Part shown: one piece after another, positions 36,301 to 45,994 of the stretch | Layout of the letters: each line of letters opens with the position of its first letter | How positions within the stretch are numbered: position 1 is the first letter of the stretch | Assembly (NCBI GenBank): GCA_002269645.1 | Contig: NIVC01000615.1 | Location: 1 to 64,000 of the forward strand | Direction of reading: 5' to 3' | Source: Macrostomum lignano | Lineage: Eukaryota | Length of the DNA stretch: 64,000 nucleotides | Translations under genes and position numbers: made by a program | The notes under the pieces: generated by a model | Told to the model about the DNA's origin: nothing | Seen by the model: the letters and a program-made list of their open reading frames with translations, nothing else | Database searches by the model: none

Positions 36301-37199
36301 AATAGAGGCGGCTGAGGCTTATTACACAGCTCAAATTAATTGACAGACTTTTCTTGACGCTGCAGCTGTTTTCTCTGAAGTCGGACAGTTTTTTAGTCCA
36401 GTGTATAAAATCCCTCACAAGTTTTACGTGTGGTCGCTCATCTCTTTTGCGGCTGAATTGCTTTTATAAACTAAGAATCAGCAGTTATGACCATAGACTA
36501 AACTTCTGCTGATCTCAAGCATTAGAACTCAGAGAAAAGCACTTGAAAATGATTTAGAATCCGACTGACAATATAGCCGTTTCACAACAGCAGCAGCAGC
36601 AGCAGCTAGTGTCTATGGCCCAAACCTCAGGGTTAAATATATACATTAGCGATTGCTGGAGTGACAAATAGGTTATATCGAATCTTGTGTAAATTGTCAC
36701 AAATTGCAATACATGATTGTCACACGTTCGATGAGTTGTTTTGTTTAGTATACGTCTATGAGAATATTTATTACATGTAGTACAAGCGTATTATTTATGT
36801 ACATGTGTAAAAGACATATAGAAGTATATCCGATTTTTCTTTGCACAATAGCAAAAGCTTGATGATATGGCTTTTGCCCTCCTAATACGATATTTTATTC
36901 GAGCAACTCTTTTTAGTTCTTAATTTATGTAGCTGCGAGAGGACTCAATATCTTTGCGGGTCTTACTCATGCAGCGTGTCCACGTACTGCACAAAAGGCT
37001 ACACTAGCTGAACGATTAGGGATTGAAAGATTTTTAACTATGTTTGGGCCATAGACAATCAAAATAAGGCAACAAAGAATGAACAGCGAAATAAGTTCAT
37101 GCCCATTTCCACGCTGTGTACGTGTCTAAAGCACAGTCAGTAACAGGTATAGATAGCAACCACGAGCGTCCAACAGACTGCTCACTCGTCGAGGCATTC

Positions 37200-37399
37200 C
37201 CGAGCAAGGCGCCACAGAAAGTATTGTGGAAGCTGTTGCCACGCAACTGAAAGCGCATTGCACAGCTGGACCATGTTCTAGTGGGATGGGGATAGAGATT
37301 GTTGCACCGAATCGTGCGCTTCAGGAAATCCCACACGTGCTCAATCGAGTTCATATTCGGTGATCTGGACAGCCAACGCAGAATGCGCCATTCAGTCAT
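37200..37399 (-). pseudogene. Tc1/mariner-like transposase C-terminal relic
   Basis: WLSRSPNMNSIEHVWDFLKR resembles the Tc1 WPxxSPDLNPIEHxWxxLK motif around the third catalytic residue; no upstream DD region is recognisable. Confidence 0.6.
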
Positions 37400-38119
37400 T
37401 TAGCGGACTATCGTTCTCACCTGCGTCCAGATGCTTCCAGTAAACCCCTGTACACTCGTTACTGTAACGCTTTTCCCTGTGACACCAGATATCGGTCTTT
37501 ACACTTTCCTGCCCTTTTTGCTCATTTGTCTATGGCCCAAAACCAATTGGCGAAACCATCGTTCGTGCTGGCCATGGACCCTTGGCGCAAGGGTGGAAAC
37601 TTTTAAATTTTGCTGAGTGTATATATACAGTTTATAATCTAATGATCAAACATTGTACATCCATGGAACGCGTATCTGAAGAATGGTACGTGGTAATATT
37701 GACCACTACGGAGCTATTGAATCTGAGAAGATTTGTTTGCCCACATTTTCAGCCCTATTTTGACAAGGTCAACTCCCCGGCCCGATTATACCAGTATAGT
37801 ATAGCAGGATCGATGGGTCGATAAATTCGCTGTGCTATTTTTATCAACCGTCTCGGAAAACGACTTCGCTTTAATTCGGAAACATACACTGAAACAGAGA
37901 AGGGATGAGGGAAAATCTGAGAGCAAAATTGTTTGAGCGTGGTAGTATGCTTGCAAAATGGTGGTACGTACGTATAAATGTACAATTGGTTAAGTGCCCT
38001 ATTTAGTGCGAAGCGCGGAGCGAGTTGAGAGCCGACGCGAGCGAAACCGGCGAGACCGGCAACGTGGCGCCGCGCACTGAGCTGCTGCCATGCGAGTCCA
38101 TCTGGGTCTTCCGGGCGGC

Positions 38120-39022
38120 GCTGGAGACCATGAGCCTCACCACTACCGAGCTCCAGCTGTATCACAGGGCACACTCCGAGTCGGGACGCTGAACTGACCG
38201 CACTCTCAAGGCCGCCCGGCGAAGAGGGTTGCTGGCGAAGTTAGCGCTCGACCTCAGCTGTGATGTCATCGCACTTCAGGAGGTGTCTATCAGAGCCGAA
38301 CCTGAACTTCACTGTGAGGACCTGGACTCCGGTTGGACACTCTGGTACACCTCAGCGGATCAACGAGGCCGTGGAGGAGTTAAAGCACTGATCGGCCCGA
38401 GACTGCAGCAGAGCTATCGCTGCTCTTCCCTCTCCCCCCGGATACTTCGGGTAGACGTCCGGCTTCGCGGCCGGAACGCTCGCCTGTTCTGTGTGTACGC
38501 GCCACCTGCCACCCGCCCAGATGAGGCTCAGGACTTCTTCGAGCAGCTCTCTGCGCGCGTGGAGGAGACTGCGCAGCGCGACACGGTGGTCGTACTCGGA
38601 GACCTAAACGCAGTTCCGCGTAGGTCCGAGCGGTCGCTGTTTGTGACGCCCCGCGAGAACGGCAACACATAGGCGCTGGAGGACTTCCTGGAGAGGCAGG
38701 ATATGGTGTAGGCCAACACCCGCTTCTGCAAGCCACCCAAAAGGCTCGCGACTTTCGTGGGGTGCAAACGGAGGCGGCGAAACGCACGCGGCCGGTTTGC
38801 TACACGGAGGCTAGCACAGATCGACCACGTGCTTTTGCGCTCCCGTGAGCGCCGTCGCGCTGTCAACTGCAGCACCATTACGCCGCTGGCCCTGCGGTCC
38901 GATCATCGGCTTCTCATCTGCGACCTCGAGCTACGCGATCCGCTCTACCGTCGGCTGAACCGGCCACCGCGGCGCTACTACCGCGCTCTCAAAGACGCCG
39001 GAACGCACTGCCACTTTGCTAG
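38120..39022 (+). mobile_element. Non-LTR retrotransposon (RTE/RTEX-like), 5' part: decayed APE endonuclease
   Basis: Motifs GTLNCRTL (+1 frameshift at ~38196), DVIALQE, FCVYAP, VVLGDLNA, IDHVL and RSDHRLL; in-frame TAG stops at ~38670 and ~38709; interrupted at GCTAG by the Gypsy element. Confidence 0.9.
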
Positions 39023-39203
39023 TGTAGTGCTCGTAGTCCGCTTGGCGGGTAAGAATCTTGGCCTCTAAGAGCCGTATATTTGCGATATATATTCACGCAG
39101 CTGCCGACGTGCAGCTATGAGTTACGCAATACATTGGGGTACTGAGCACGTTGGCTAGAGAGCAAGAGAAAGGGCATTGTACACGCATAGGCTGCGCACC
39201 ACA
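39023..39203 (-). repeat. 3' LTR (181 bp)
   Basis: TGTAGTG...GCACCACA; identical to 43358-43538; on the minus strand it is preceded by the polypurine tract GGGGGAGAGA (39204-39213). Confidence 0.97.
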
Positions 39204-39404
39204 TCTCTCCCCCAAAGCAAAAGAAAAGTCCAATACGAGAGGGTTTAAAATTTCATTGCGAAAATTGGTCAAGAAACGACGTGAAGGATTAAAAAAAATT
39301 AATTAGTAAAACAGTCTCAAATTTTTTTGATTTCGAACGATTAAATACTTAAACAATTAAAGCATGCCGATCTTTGACAGCGTTCCGGCTCAGTTCGAAT
39401 CAAG

Positions 39405-42400
39405 TCACTGCTTGTAGCAGACGGGCTGCTTTGCTGTCCTGGGATGAGGCCTCTGCGCAATCGGACCGTCGTTGGCCGAATTTGCCTCTGTCACAGGCGC
39501 CCCCGGCCGCTGATCGCCGTCCATCTCGTCAAGGTCCCAGGGGCACTCACGAAGCGGCTTCGTCTCGGTCACATGCCGCCGAATGACTGCCGTGCCGCGT
39601 TGCAGAGTCGGGGCGCCGCCGCTGACTGCCTTGACAAGCCAAGGCCGCGGGTCGAACGGACAGCGCAGCTTGGCCTTGCCGCGGTTTCTGAGCAGCACGC
39701 GGGCGCCTGCCAGGATGCCGTGTGGCGCAGCCGAACGCCGCGTGTCGGCCGCCTTGCGCATCGCCTGCTTGTAGCCGCGGTCGTGGAGCTGCAGCTGCCG
39801 TCCGGAGCTGCCGGTTTGCTTTGTCAGGCCAGATGGCAGGATGTCGCCGGTCTCTCGGTTGAACATGAGGTCGTTGGGCGTGCGGTCGGTGCCTCGGTGC
39901 ACAGAGTTGCGGTATCCGAGCAGCCACTCGTGGATCGCCCGCCGCCAGTCGTTGCCTTCGGCCGTGGCGGCGTTGATGGCCTTGTTGAGGCTGCGGTTGA
40001 AGCGCTCCACCTCGCCGTTCGCCGCCGGGTAGAGTGGGGTGACCCTGCGCTGTCGAACCCCGAGGCCGTCCAGAAACACGTTGAATTCTTCGCTCGTGAA
40101 GTAGGTGGCGTTGTCCGTAGTGATCTGCTGCGGCACACCGAAGCGGCTGAATGAGGCAATGACGCAGTTGATGACGCTGGCGCTGGTGAGGCTGCGCACC
40201 ACGTAGAGGTCCGGGTAGCGGCTGAAGTAGTCCACCAAGACAACTACGTTCTCGCCCGTTGGGAGTGGTCCGCACACGTCGACGCTGAGCGATTGCCAGG
40301 CCCCCGACGGAAGCGGCGACGGCTGCATCGGCGGGTGTTTCACGGCGCCGTCGGTCCGGGCCGCTTGACACGGGAGGCAGTTAGTGACGACCGCCTCGAC
40401 CTGCTTGGACATGCCGGGCCACCAGACCTTACGCTGCAGTCGGTCGCACGTCTTCTTCTGTCCGAGGTGGCCCTGGTGCGCTAAACCGATCGTAAGCTGC
40501 TGAAGCTCCGCCGGGATCACGATTCTGTTTCCCCGGAGCAGAAGGCCTGCGTGAACGCTCAGTTCGTCTTTGAGGGACCGAAAACTGTGCGCCGGGCTCG
40601 CCGCGCCGCAGCTCCAGTTTCCTGTTTCCAAGGCGCGCATGACGACCACCAGAGCTGGGTCTCTCTCGGTCGCAGCCTGGATCCTGTCGACGGTCAGGCT
40701 CTTTGGGGTGGCCGCTTGGACAACGGCGTTGCACAGTCTGGTGTCCTCAGCCTCGTCTTTGTGTGACGATGCGCTTGTCAGCGGATTGCGGCTCAGCGGG
40801 TCTGCCGGGTTGTCCTCGCCTTTGCGGTAGTGCAGTGTGAACGTGAAGTGCTGGGTCTGCAGCATGATACGCTCGAGCCGGGGCGGCGGCCTTGAGTCTG
40901 CTCTGTAGATCCCGAGCAGCGGCTTGTGGTCGGTGTAGATATCAAAGTGCGGGCAGCCCTCCAGGTAAAACGCGAACTTCAAGCAGCCGAACTTGACGCC
41001 CAGGGCCTCGCGCTCGATCTGGCTGTAGCGCCGTTCGACGTCACTGAGCGTGCGGCTCGCGTAGGCCACCGGCCGCGTCTGCCCGCTTGGGTGCCCCTGC
41101 TGCAGAATGGCACCGACGCCGACGGGTGACGCATCGACCACCAGCTCGGTCGGCAGCCGCTTGTCGAAGAAGGCCAGCGTGCAGCCCTCGGAGATGCAGT
41201 CCTTGACGGCCTGGAAGGACTGCTGCTGCTCGCGGTCCCAGACGAATTCCTGGCCTTTCCGTGTTAGTCGCCTCAGCGGCTCCGCTTTGTCGGCAAGGTG
41301 CGGCATGAACTTCTCGAGGTGATTGGCCAGGCCGAGAAACGACCGGACTTCCTTGGCAGACTGTGGATCCTTGAATGCTTGCAGCTCTGAGATTTTCTCT
41401 TCTGATGGCTGAATGCCGAACTTGGAGAGCGTCATGGCCATGAACTTGGCCTTGCCGATGCCCCAGCGGCACTTGCTGGCATTCAGGGTGATGCCATTGT
41501 CACGCAGTCTGGTCAAGCAGGCTGCCACATGTTCCTGGTGAACTTCAGGGCCCTGACTGTGGATGATGATGTCGTCGTGGATCCACTTGACACCAGTGAG
41601 GCCTTCCAGCACTTGCTGCATGACGCGCTGCAGGATCTCCGAGGCGGAGGCGAATCCCATGCTCAGGCGTGTCAGCTGACGCATCCCTCGGGGCGTTGAG
41701 AAGACGAAGTACTTGCGGCTGTCCTCACTGATCTCAATTTGATGAAACGCCTTGAAGATGTCGAGCTTGGTGAAGATTTTCGACCCCGTCATGTCGCTGG
41801 TAGCTTCTTCAAAAGTCGGGATTTGGTGTCGTTGCCTCAGGGCCGCCTTGTTAACGTCTCGCAAATCCTGGGTGATCCTCACGGTCTTCCCGTCTTCTTT
41901 CGGTACCACGACGATGCGACTGACCCATGGCGTGGGGCCTTCTACTGGCTGGATGATCTGCAGGCGCTCTTGCTCGTCCAGCTCGCGGTCCAGCGCCTCT
42001 CTGAGATGCACTGGTACCCGAGAGGGCGGATGGCAGACGGGCCTGGCGTCAGGCTTGATACCAATCTGAACCGAAACACCCTTGACCTTTCCGAGGCCTT
42101 TGAAGAGCTCCGGAAATCGCTTGGCCAGCGCCAGGGTCTCTGCGTTCTCCGTCTCGGCTGCTGCGATCGCGCGAACCTGAGGCCCCAAGCTCAGAAGGCG
42201 GAGTGAGGTTGATGCCTCCCGTCCCAGGATGTTGACGCCGTCGTCGGGGACGACGATGAAGCGAATCTCCTGGCTATCTTGGCCGGTTGTCACCTGCAGG
42301 CTGCAGGCTCCCAGGATGCTTAGCGGTTCTGAAGAGCGGAAGGCGAATACCTTTGTGCGAGTTGTCTGCAGCGGCGGGGGTCGCGGCAGTTTCCGCCAGG

Positions 42401-42848
42401 CTTTCTCTGTCAAGATATTGCAGTCGGCCCCGCTGTCGACCAGGACTTCCAGCTGCGTTGAGTCGACGAGCACTGTTGTGCGGGCGCCCGCTGTAGCCGT
42501 CCCGGTGGCCGCCACGGTCAGACAGAAGATGCTGTCCTCAGGCTCTGAGCTGTCGCTGTCGGCCTGCAGGGCGCGGACGGCTTCCAACGGCCGGGAGAGG
42601 CAGGCCCTCGCCAAGTGATTTCGCTTTCCGCAGCGCTCGCACGTCTTGCCTCTGGCTGCGTTGCATGTGCGGTGGCCCGGTACTCCGCATCTGATGCACG
42701 TGGTCTGCTTGCCTGGCTGCTGCTTGGCTGGTCCCTTGACTGGGCGCTCTGCTGATGAGGCCGCTGCACCAGTGTCTAGAAGCCGAAGTCGCTGTACCGC
42801 CGCCTCGTTAGATTCCATGAGGCTTGCCTGAGTCTCTGCTGTCTCCAT
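39405..42848 (-). CDS. Gypsy nucleocapsid-Pol polyprotein (zinc knuckles, aspartic protease, RT, RNase H, integrase), 1147 aa
   Basis: CIRCGVPGHRTC and CERCGKRNHLARAC knuckles; VDSGADCN protease; RT core (LDIFKAFHQI, WIHDDIII); RNase H (VDASPVG, YSQIEREAL, TDHKPL); integrase HHCC and DDE (SVDVCG, TDNATYF, NGEVERFN). No internal stops. Confidence 0.95.
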   Translation of the reverse strand: METAETQASLMESNEAAVQRLRLLDTGAAASSAERPVKGPAKQQPGKQTTCIRCGVPGHRTCNAARGKTCERCGKRNHLARACLSRPLEAVRALQADSDSSEPEDSIFCLTVAATGTATAGARTTVLVDSTQLEVLVDSGADCNILTEKAWRKLPRPPPLQTTRTKVFAFRSSEPLSILGACSLQVTTGQDSQEIRFIVVPDDGVNILGREASTSLRLLSLGPQVRAIAAAETENAETLALAKRFPELFKGLGKVKGVSVQIGIKPDARPVCHPPSRVPVHLREALDRELDEQERLQIIQPVEGPTPWVSRIVVVPKEDGKTVRITQDLRDVNKAALRQRHQIPTFEEATSDMTGSKIFTKLDIFKAFHQIEISEDSRKYFVFSTPRGMRQLTRLSMGFASASEILQRVMQQVLEGLTGVKWIHDDIIIHSQGPEVHQEHVAACLTRLRDNGITLNASKCRWGIGKAKFMAMTLSKFGIQPSEEKISELQAFKDPQSAKEVRSFLGLANHLEKFMPHLADKAEPLRRLTRKGQEFVWDREQQQSFQAVKDCISEGCTLAFFDKRLPTELVVDASPVGVGAILQQGHPSGQTRPVAYASRTLSDVERRYSQIEREALGVKFGCLKFAFYLEGCPHFDIYTDHKPLLGIYRADSRPPPRLERIMLQTQHFTFTLHYRKGEDNPADPLSRNPLTSASSHKDEAEDTRLCNAVVQAATPKSLTVDRIQAATERDPALVVVMRALETGNWSCGAASPAHSFRSLKDELSVHAGLLLRGNRIVIPAELQQLTIGLAHQGHLGQKKTCDRLQRKVWWPGMSKQVEAVVTNCLPCQAARTDGAVKHPPMQPSPLPSGAWQSLSVDVCGPLPTGENVVVLVDYFSRYPDLYVVRSLTSASVINCVIASFSRFGVPQQITTDNATYFTSEEFNVFLDGLGVRQRRVTPLYPAANGEVERFNRSLNKAINAATAEGNDWRRAIHEWLLGYRNSVHRGTDRTPNDLMFNRETGDILPSGLTKQTGSSGRQLQLHDRGYKQAMRKAADTRRSAAPHGILAGARVLLRNRGKAKLRCPFDPRPWLVKAVSGGAPTLQRGTAVIRRHVTETKPLRECPWDLDEMDGDQRPGAPVTEANSANDGPIAQRPHPRTAKQPVCYKQ

Positions 42849-43357
42849 GGCTCTGCCACCCGAAGTGCCTGCTCCAGGTCGACATTGTCGATCGCTAGCA
42901 GCTTGCGGCGAAGCTGCTCTGAACTGCAGCCGGCGATCACCTGGTCACGGATCAGGGAGTCTCTGAGGCCCTCGAAGCCGCAGCAGTCGGCAGCATCTTT
43001 GAGGCGCTGGAGCCATTCGTCGATGGGCTCGCCGGACCGCTGTGTGCACAACCTGAACTGATAGCGGGTGAACGGGAGATTCCGCTTGCTGTCGAAGTGG
43101 TCGTTAAGCGCGGCTACAAGTGTTTCGACGTCTTTGCCTGCTGCCTCTTTGTCGCCGAGACCGGCCGCAATCGACTGCAAGTCCTCTCCGGCTGTATACA
43201 GCAGAAGCTGGCGAAGCCGCTTTTTGTCTTCGATGTTTGCAGCCACAGCGAAAAGTTCAAATTGTGCGTACCACTTTTTCCATTTAGTCTGGGCCGTGTT
43301 GGGGTCTGTTCGCAGGTCCAAGCGCGCTGGGCTTGGTAAGTTTAGCTGCGACGCCAT
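42776..43357 (-). CDS. Gag capsid region, separated from downstream gag-pol by a 1-nt frameshift
   Basis: W..W..QFELF, RYQFRLCTQRSGEPIDEWLQRLK and IRDQVIAG motifs are typical of Mag/K02A2.6-like Gag; similarity switches frame at LEQALRVA / AMETAE (~42855). Confidence 0.85.
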   Translation of the reverse strand: MASQLNLPSPARLDLRTDPNTAQTKWKKWYAQFELFAVAANIEDKKRLRQLLLYTAGEDLQSIAAGLGDKEAAGKDVETLVAALNDHFDSKRNLPFTRYQFRLCTQRSGEPIDEWLQRLKDAADCCGFEGLRDSLIRDQVIAGCSSEQLRRKLLAIDNVDLEQALRVAEPWRQQRLRQASWNLTRRRYSDFGF

Positions 43358-43538
43358 TGTAGTGCTCGTAGTCCGCTTGGCGGGTAAGAATCTTGGCCTC
43401 TAAGAGCCGTATATTTGCGATATATATTCACGCAGCTGCCGACGTGCAGCTATGAGTTACGCAATACATTGGGGTACTGAGCACGTTGGCTAGAGAGCAA
43501 GAGAAAGGGCATTGTACACGCATAGGCTGCGCACCACA
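43358..43538 (-). repeat. 5' LTR (181 bp)
   Basis: Identical to 39023-39203; followed on the minus strand by A-TGGCG (PBS-like TGG overlapping the gag ATG). Confidence 0.97.
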
Positions 43539-45235
43539 GCTAGCGCCTTCATCACTGCGCTCGGCGGCAAGCGTGGAGTTGCCGAGTATGCGGATATGAG
43601 CGCCGCAGTACGAGCCGCCGCGGAAGCGGTCCCGTTGATGCGACCGGCCCAGCGTGGGCAGCCGGTCTGGCAGGACGACCCCGCGATTCAGCAAGCGATG
43701 GAATATCTGGAGAAGTTCCATCTGAGCAGGCGACCTACTCGCGAGGCGGAGGAGGCTCTGGCGACTGTCTATCTGCAGCGGCAGCAGGCCACAGTTGATG
43801 AAGTTGTCCAGGCCGTCTTTGCCGCTGGGCCCGACGCCAGAGGGCGCGTGGCCTGGTCCGCAATCAATGCTCTGACAGGGCGGAAGCGGCGCATCCAACT
43901 GAGTCTGGCAGGCGACACTGCGGATGAGCGCAGGAACGAGCTGCGCGAGTTCTTCGCCGCCATAGTCAACGCACCGCCACCCCCGCTGCCCAACATCCTG
44001 CCGCTGCCGCCAGAGACGCCGTTGCCGTCAGAGGACAGTTTTAACGTTGCACCAGTCACCATGGCTGAAGTCGTAATGCTCGCCCAGAAGACGCCGGGCG
44101 GCAAGGCGCTGGGTCCGGACGAGGTGCCCATCGAGGCGCTGCGCATCCACTGTATGGCCAGTGAGGTCGCCCGTGTGATGAACCGCGTGCTCTCCGGTGA
44201 AATTGCACCCACCGAGTGGACCATGGAGCACATCATCGCCATTCCAAAGAAGCCGGGCACTACACGGCTAGACGAGCACCGAGGCATCTGCCTGCAATTC
44301 TGTGCTGCGAAGTTGTTTAACCGGATGCTGCTACCGCGGTTGCAACCCGTTCTGGATCCCTACCAGCGACCTGAGCAGAACGGGTTTCAGCCCTGGGTGA
44401 TACGAACTGCTCTTCCTACCGACAAAGACGGCTTCCTACTGCGGCGACGCGTGGGTCGACGTCAACCGGAGAAACGGCTCAGCGTGCTTGTCTACGCCGA
44501 TGACCTCGCCCTGCTGTCCTCGACCGTAGAGGGCGCCCAGCGCCAGCTGGACAGGCTGGTTAGCGCTGCAGCGAGCGTCGGCCTGGTGGTCAACACGAAG
44601 AAGACCGTTGTGCTCTGCGTGCCGGGCGACATCGAGGCCGCAATTTTCTGCCGAGGCGCTGACGGGCAGGTAACGGAGCTTCCGCGCTGTCAGCAGTTCG
44701 TCTACCTCGGCGGTCTGGTTCCTGACGTCCGCGAAGATCTGCGGCGTCGCCGCGGGCTCGCTTGGGCTGCCTTTTGTTCTGTGAGGGCGGTCCTGCAGTC
44801 CGAGGCCCTACCTGATCGCCAGAGAGCGGCGCTGTTCTAGGTGGTGGTCGAGACCGTCCTTTTGTACAACGCCGAGACCTGGACGCTGACGGATTCGCTC
44901 GAACAGCAAGTCAACGCGGCGCACGCTGGCCTTTTGCACGCCGCCTTTGAAGATCAGCGACGAGCGGACTCTATCGCCGCGCCGGCCTGGCCCGTCTAAG
45001 TGAACTGCTGCGACTTCAGCGACTCCAGCTGGCAGGCCACATCATTCGCGCCGAGTCCTACTGCCCGCGCAGCCGGTGCAGGAGGTGCTGCTGCTAACGC
45101 TGCAGGCACCCTTACCGGCGGCCAGGCCCGAACTCGGCGTTTCGTCGACTGCCTGCTGGCCGACGCTGGCGCCCCAGACTCTGCCGGCGGTGGGGCCTTT
45201 GTTCGCCCCCAGACTCTGAAGCGTGCGCTGTGACG
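43539..45235 (+). mobile_element. Non-LTR retrotransposon 3' part: reverse transcriptase with internal deletion and stop
   Basis: The frame resumes exactly across the TSD (CHF-ASAFITALG). Motifs KALGPDEVP, IIAIPKK, HRGICL, EQNGF, LVYADDLALL, FVYLG and LLYNAETWTL (after a TAG at 44838-44840); DFxKAFD and GVxQG motifs are missing. Confidence 0.9.
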
Positions 45236-45866
45236 CAGCATTTTTCCACCTGACAGCGTATTTTGTTGTTATGCGAAATTTAAAATTTTGATGCTGTCAA
45301 AAAAGCTTTGAAAGTCATTGAGAGTAAACTCGTGTATATATGTAGTGTAGGCAGTTCAATAAAGACAATATTGATATCTAAACACTAGCTCTTGGCGAGT
45401 GACCTTGCCTTTAGTCAAGACTTATCAGTCTGCATATAGAATACCGACTGCCGGATGGTGTCGAAAAGTTTAGGCAGATAAATTATAGAAAATAATAATG
45501 GAAACAAAATAAATGACTCGAATGGGTTGTCCTCGTTTTATTATATCAGAAGTTGGTGCAGTATAGACCATGATTGAACCTTAACGTCACAGTAAAATGT
45601 TGTTTTACTTTGTCAAATGACAAATGAATTTTCGGAAAAATGGCATTTCTATTTTAAGAAACAGTACTACTCACCACAAGACGGTATATGAGTATATCAG
45701 AGGCCTGTTCTGTCTATACAGTCGATTCCGTTTCGTTCCGAACCATGCCATAAATAATAAGGAAAAATATGCAAAAACTGAACCCAGCCTTGCCTTGGCA
45801 TTTGGAGGATGCAGTGTGAATAGGAAATTCCATACAAATGTTCCTACGAGGACTTTAGAATTAGAA

Positions 45867-45994
45867 TTTAGCATCGAGCAATTTTTTAGTCACGATGCAT
45901 GTATTGTCACAGGAAAATTTCTGATCAAGTGGTGCAAGTTTGAAAAAAATTGTTTTTTTCTGAAATCAATCGCATATGGACAGACGTCACAGAC
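45867..45994 (-). mobile_element. Fragment of family-B 5' block
   Basis: TTTAGCATCGAGCAATTT...GGAAAATTTCTGATC...GTGCAAGTTTGAA matches 30645-30740 and 50565-50650. Confidence 0.7.

Larger units (their letters stand above)
39018..43543 (-). mobile_element. Full-length Ty3/Gypsy LTR retrotransposon (Mag-like) with 5-bp TSD GCTAG
   Basis: Identical 181-bp TG...CA LTRs; TSD GCTAG at 39018-39022 and 39539-equivalent right copy 43539-43543; PPT next to the 3' LTR; gag-PR-RT-RH-IN domain order. Confidence 0.97.

Noticed and set aside
37590-37621. Possible Tc1 TIR end (TA-CACTCAGCAAAA on minus strand)
   Set aside because: No matching inverted copy found on the other side of the transposase relic.
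39444-43403. Numerous antisense/alternate-frame ORFs over the Gypsy element, including an env-like candidate
   Set aside because: Expected in GC-rich coding DNA; no motifs. Only ~200 bp lies between pol and the 3' LTR, leaving no room for env.
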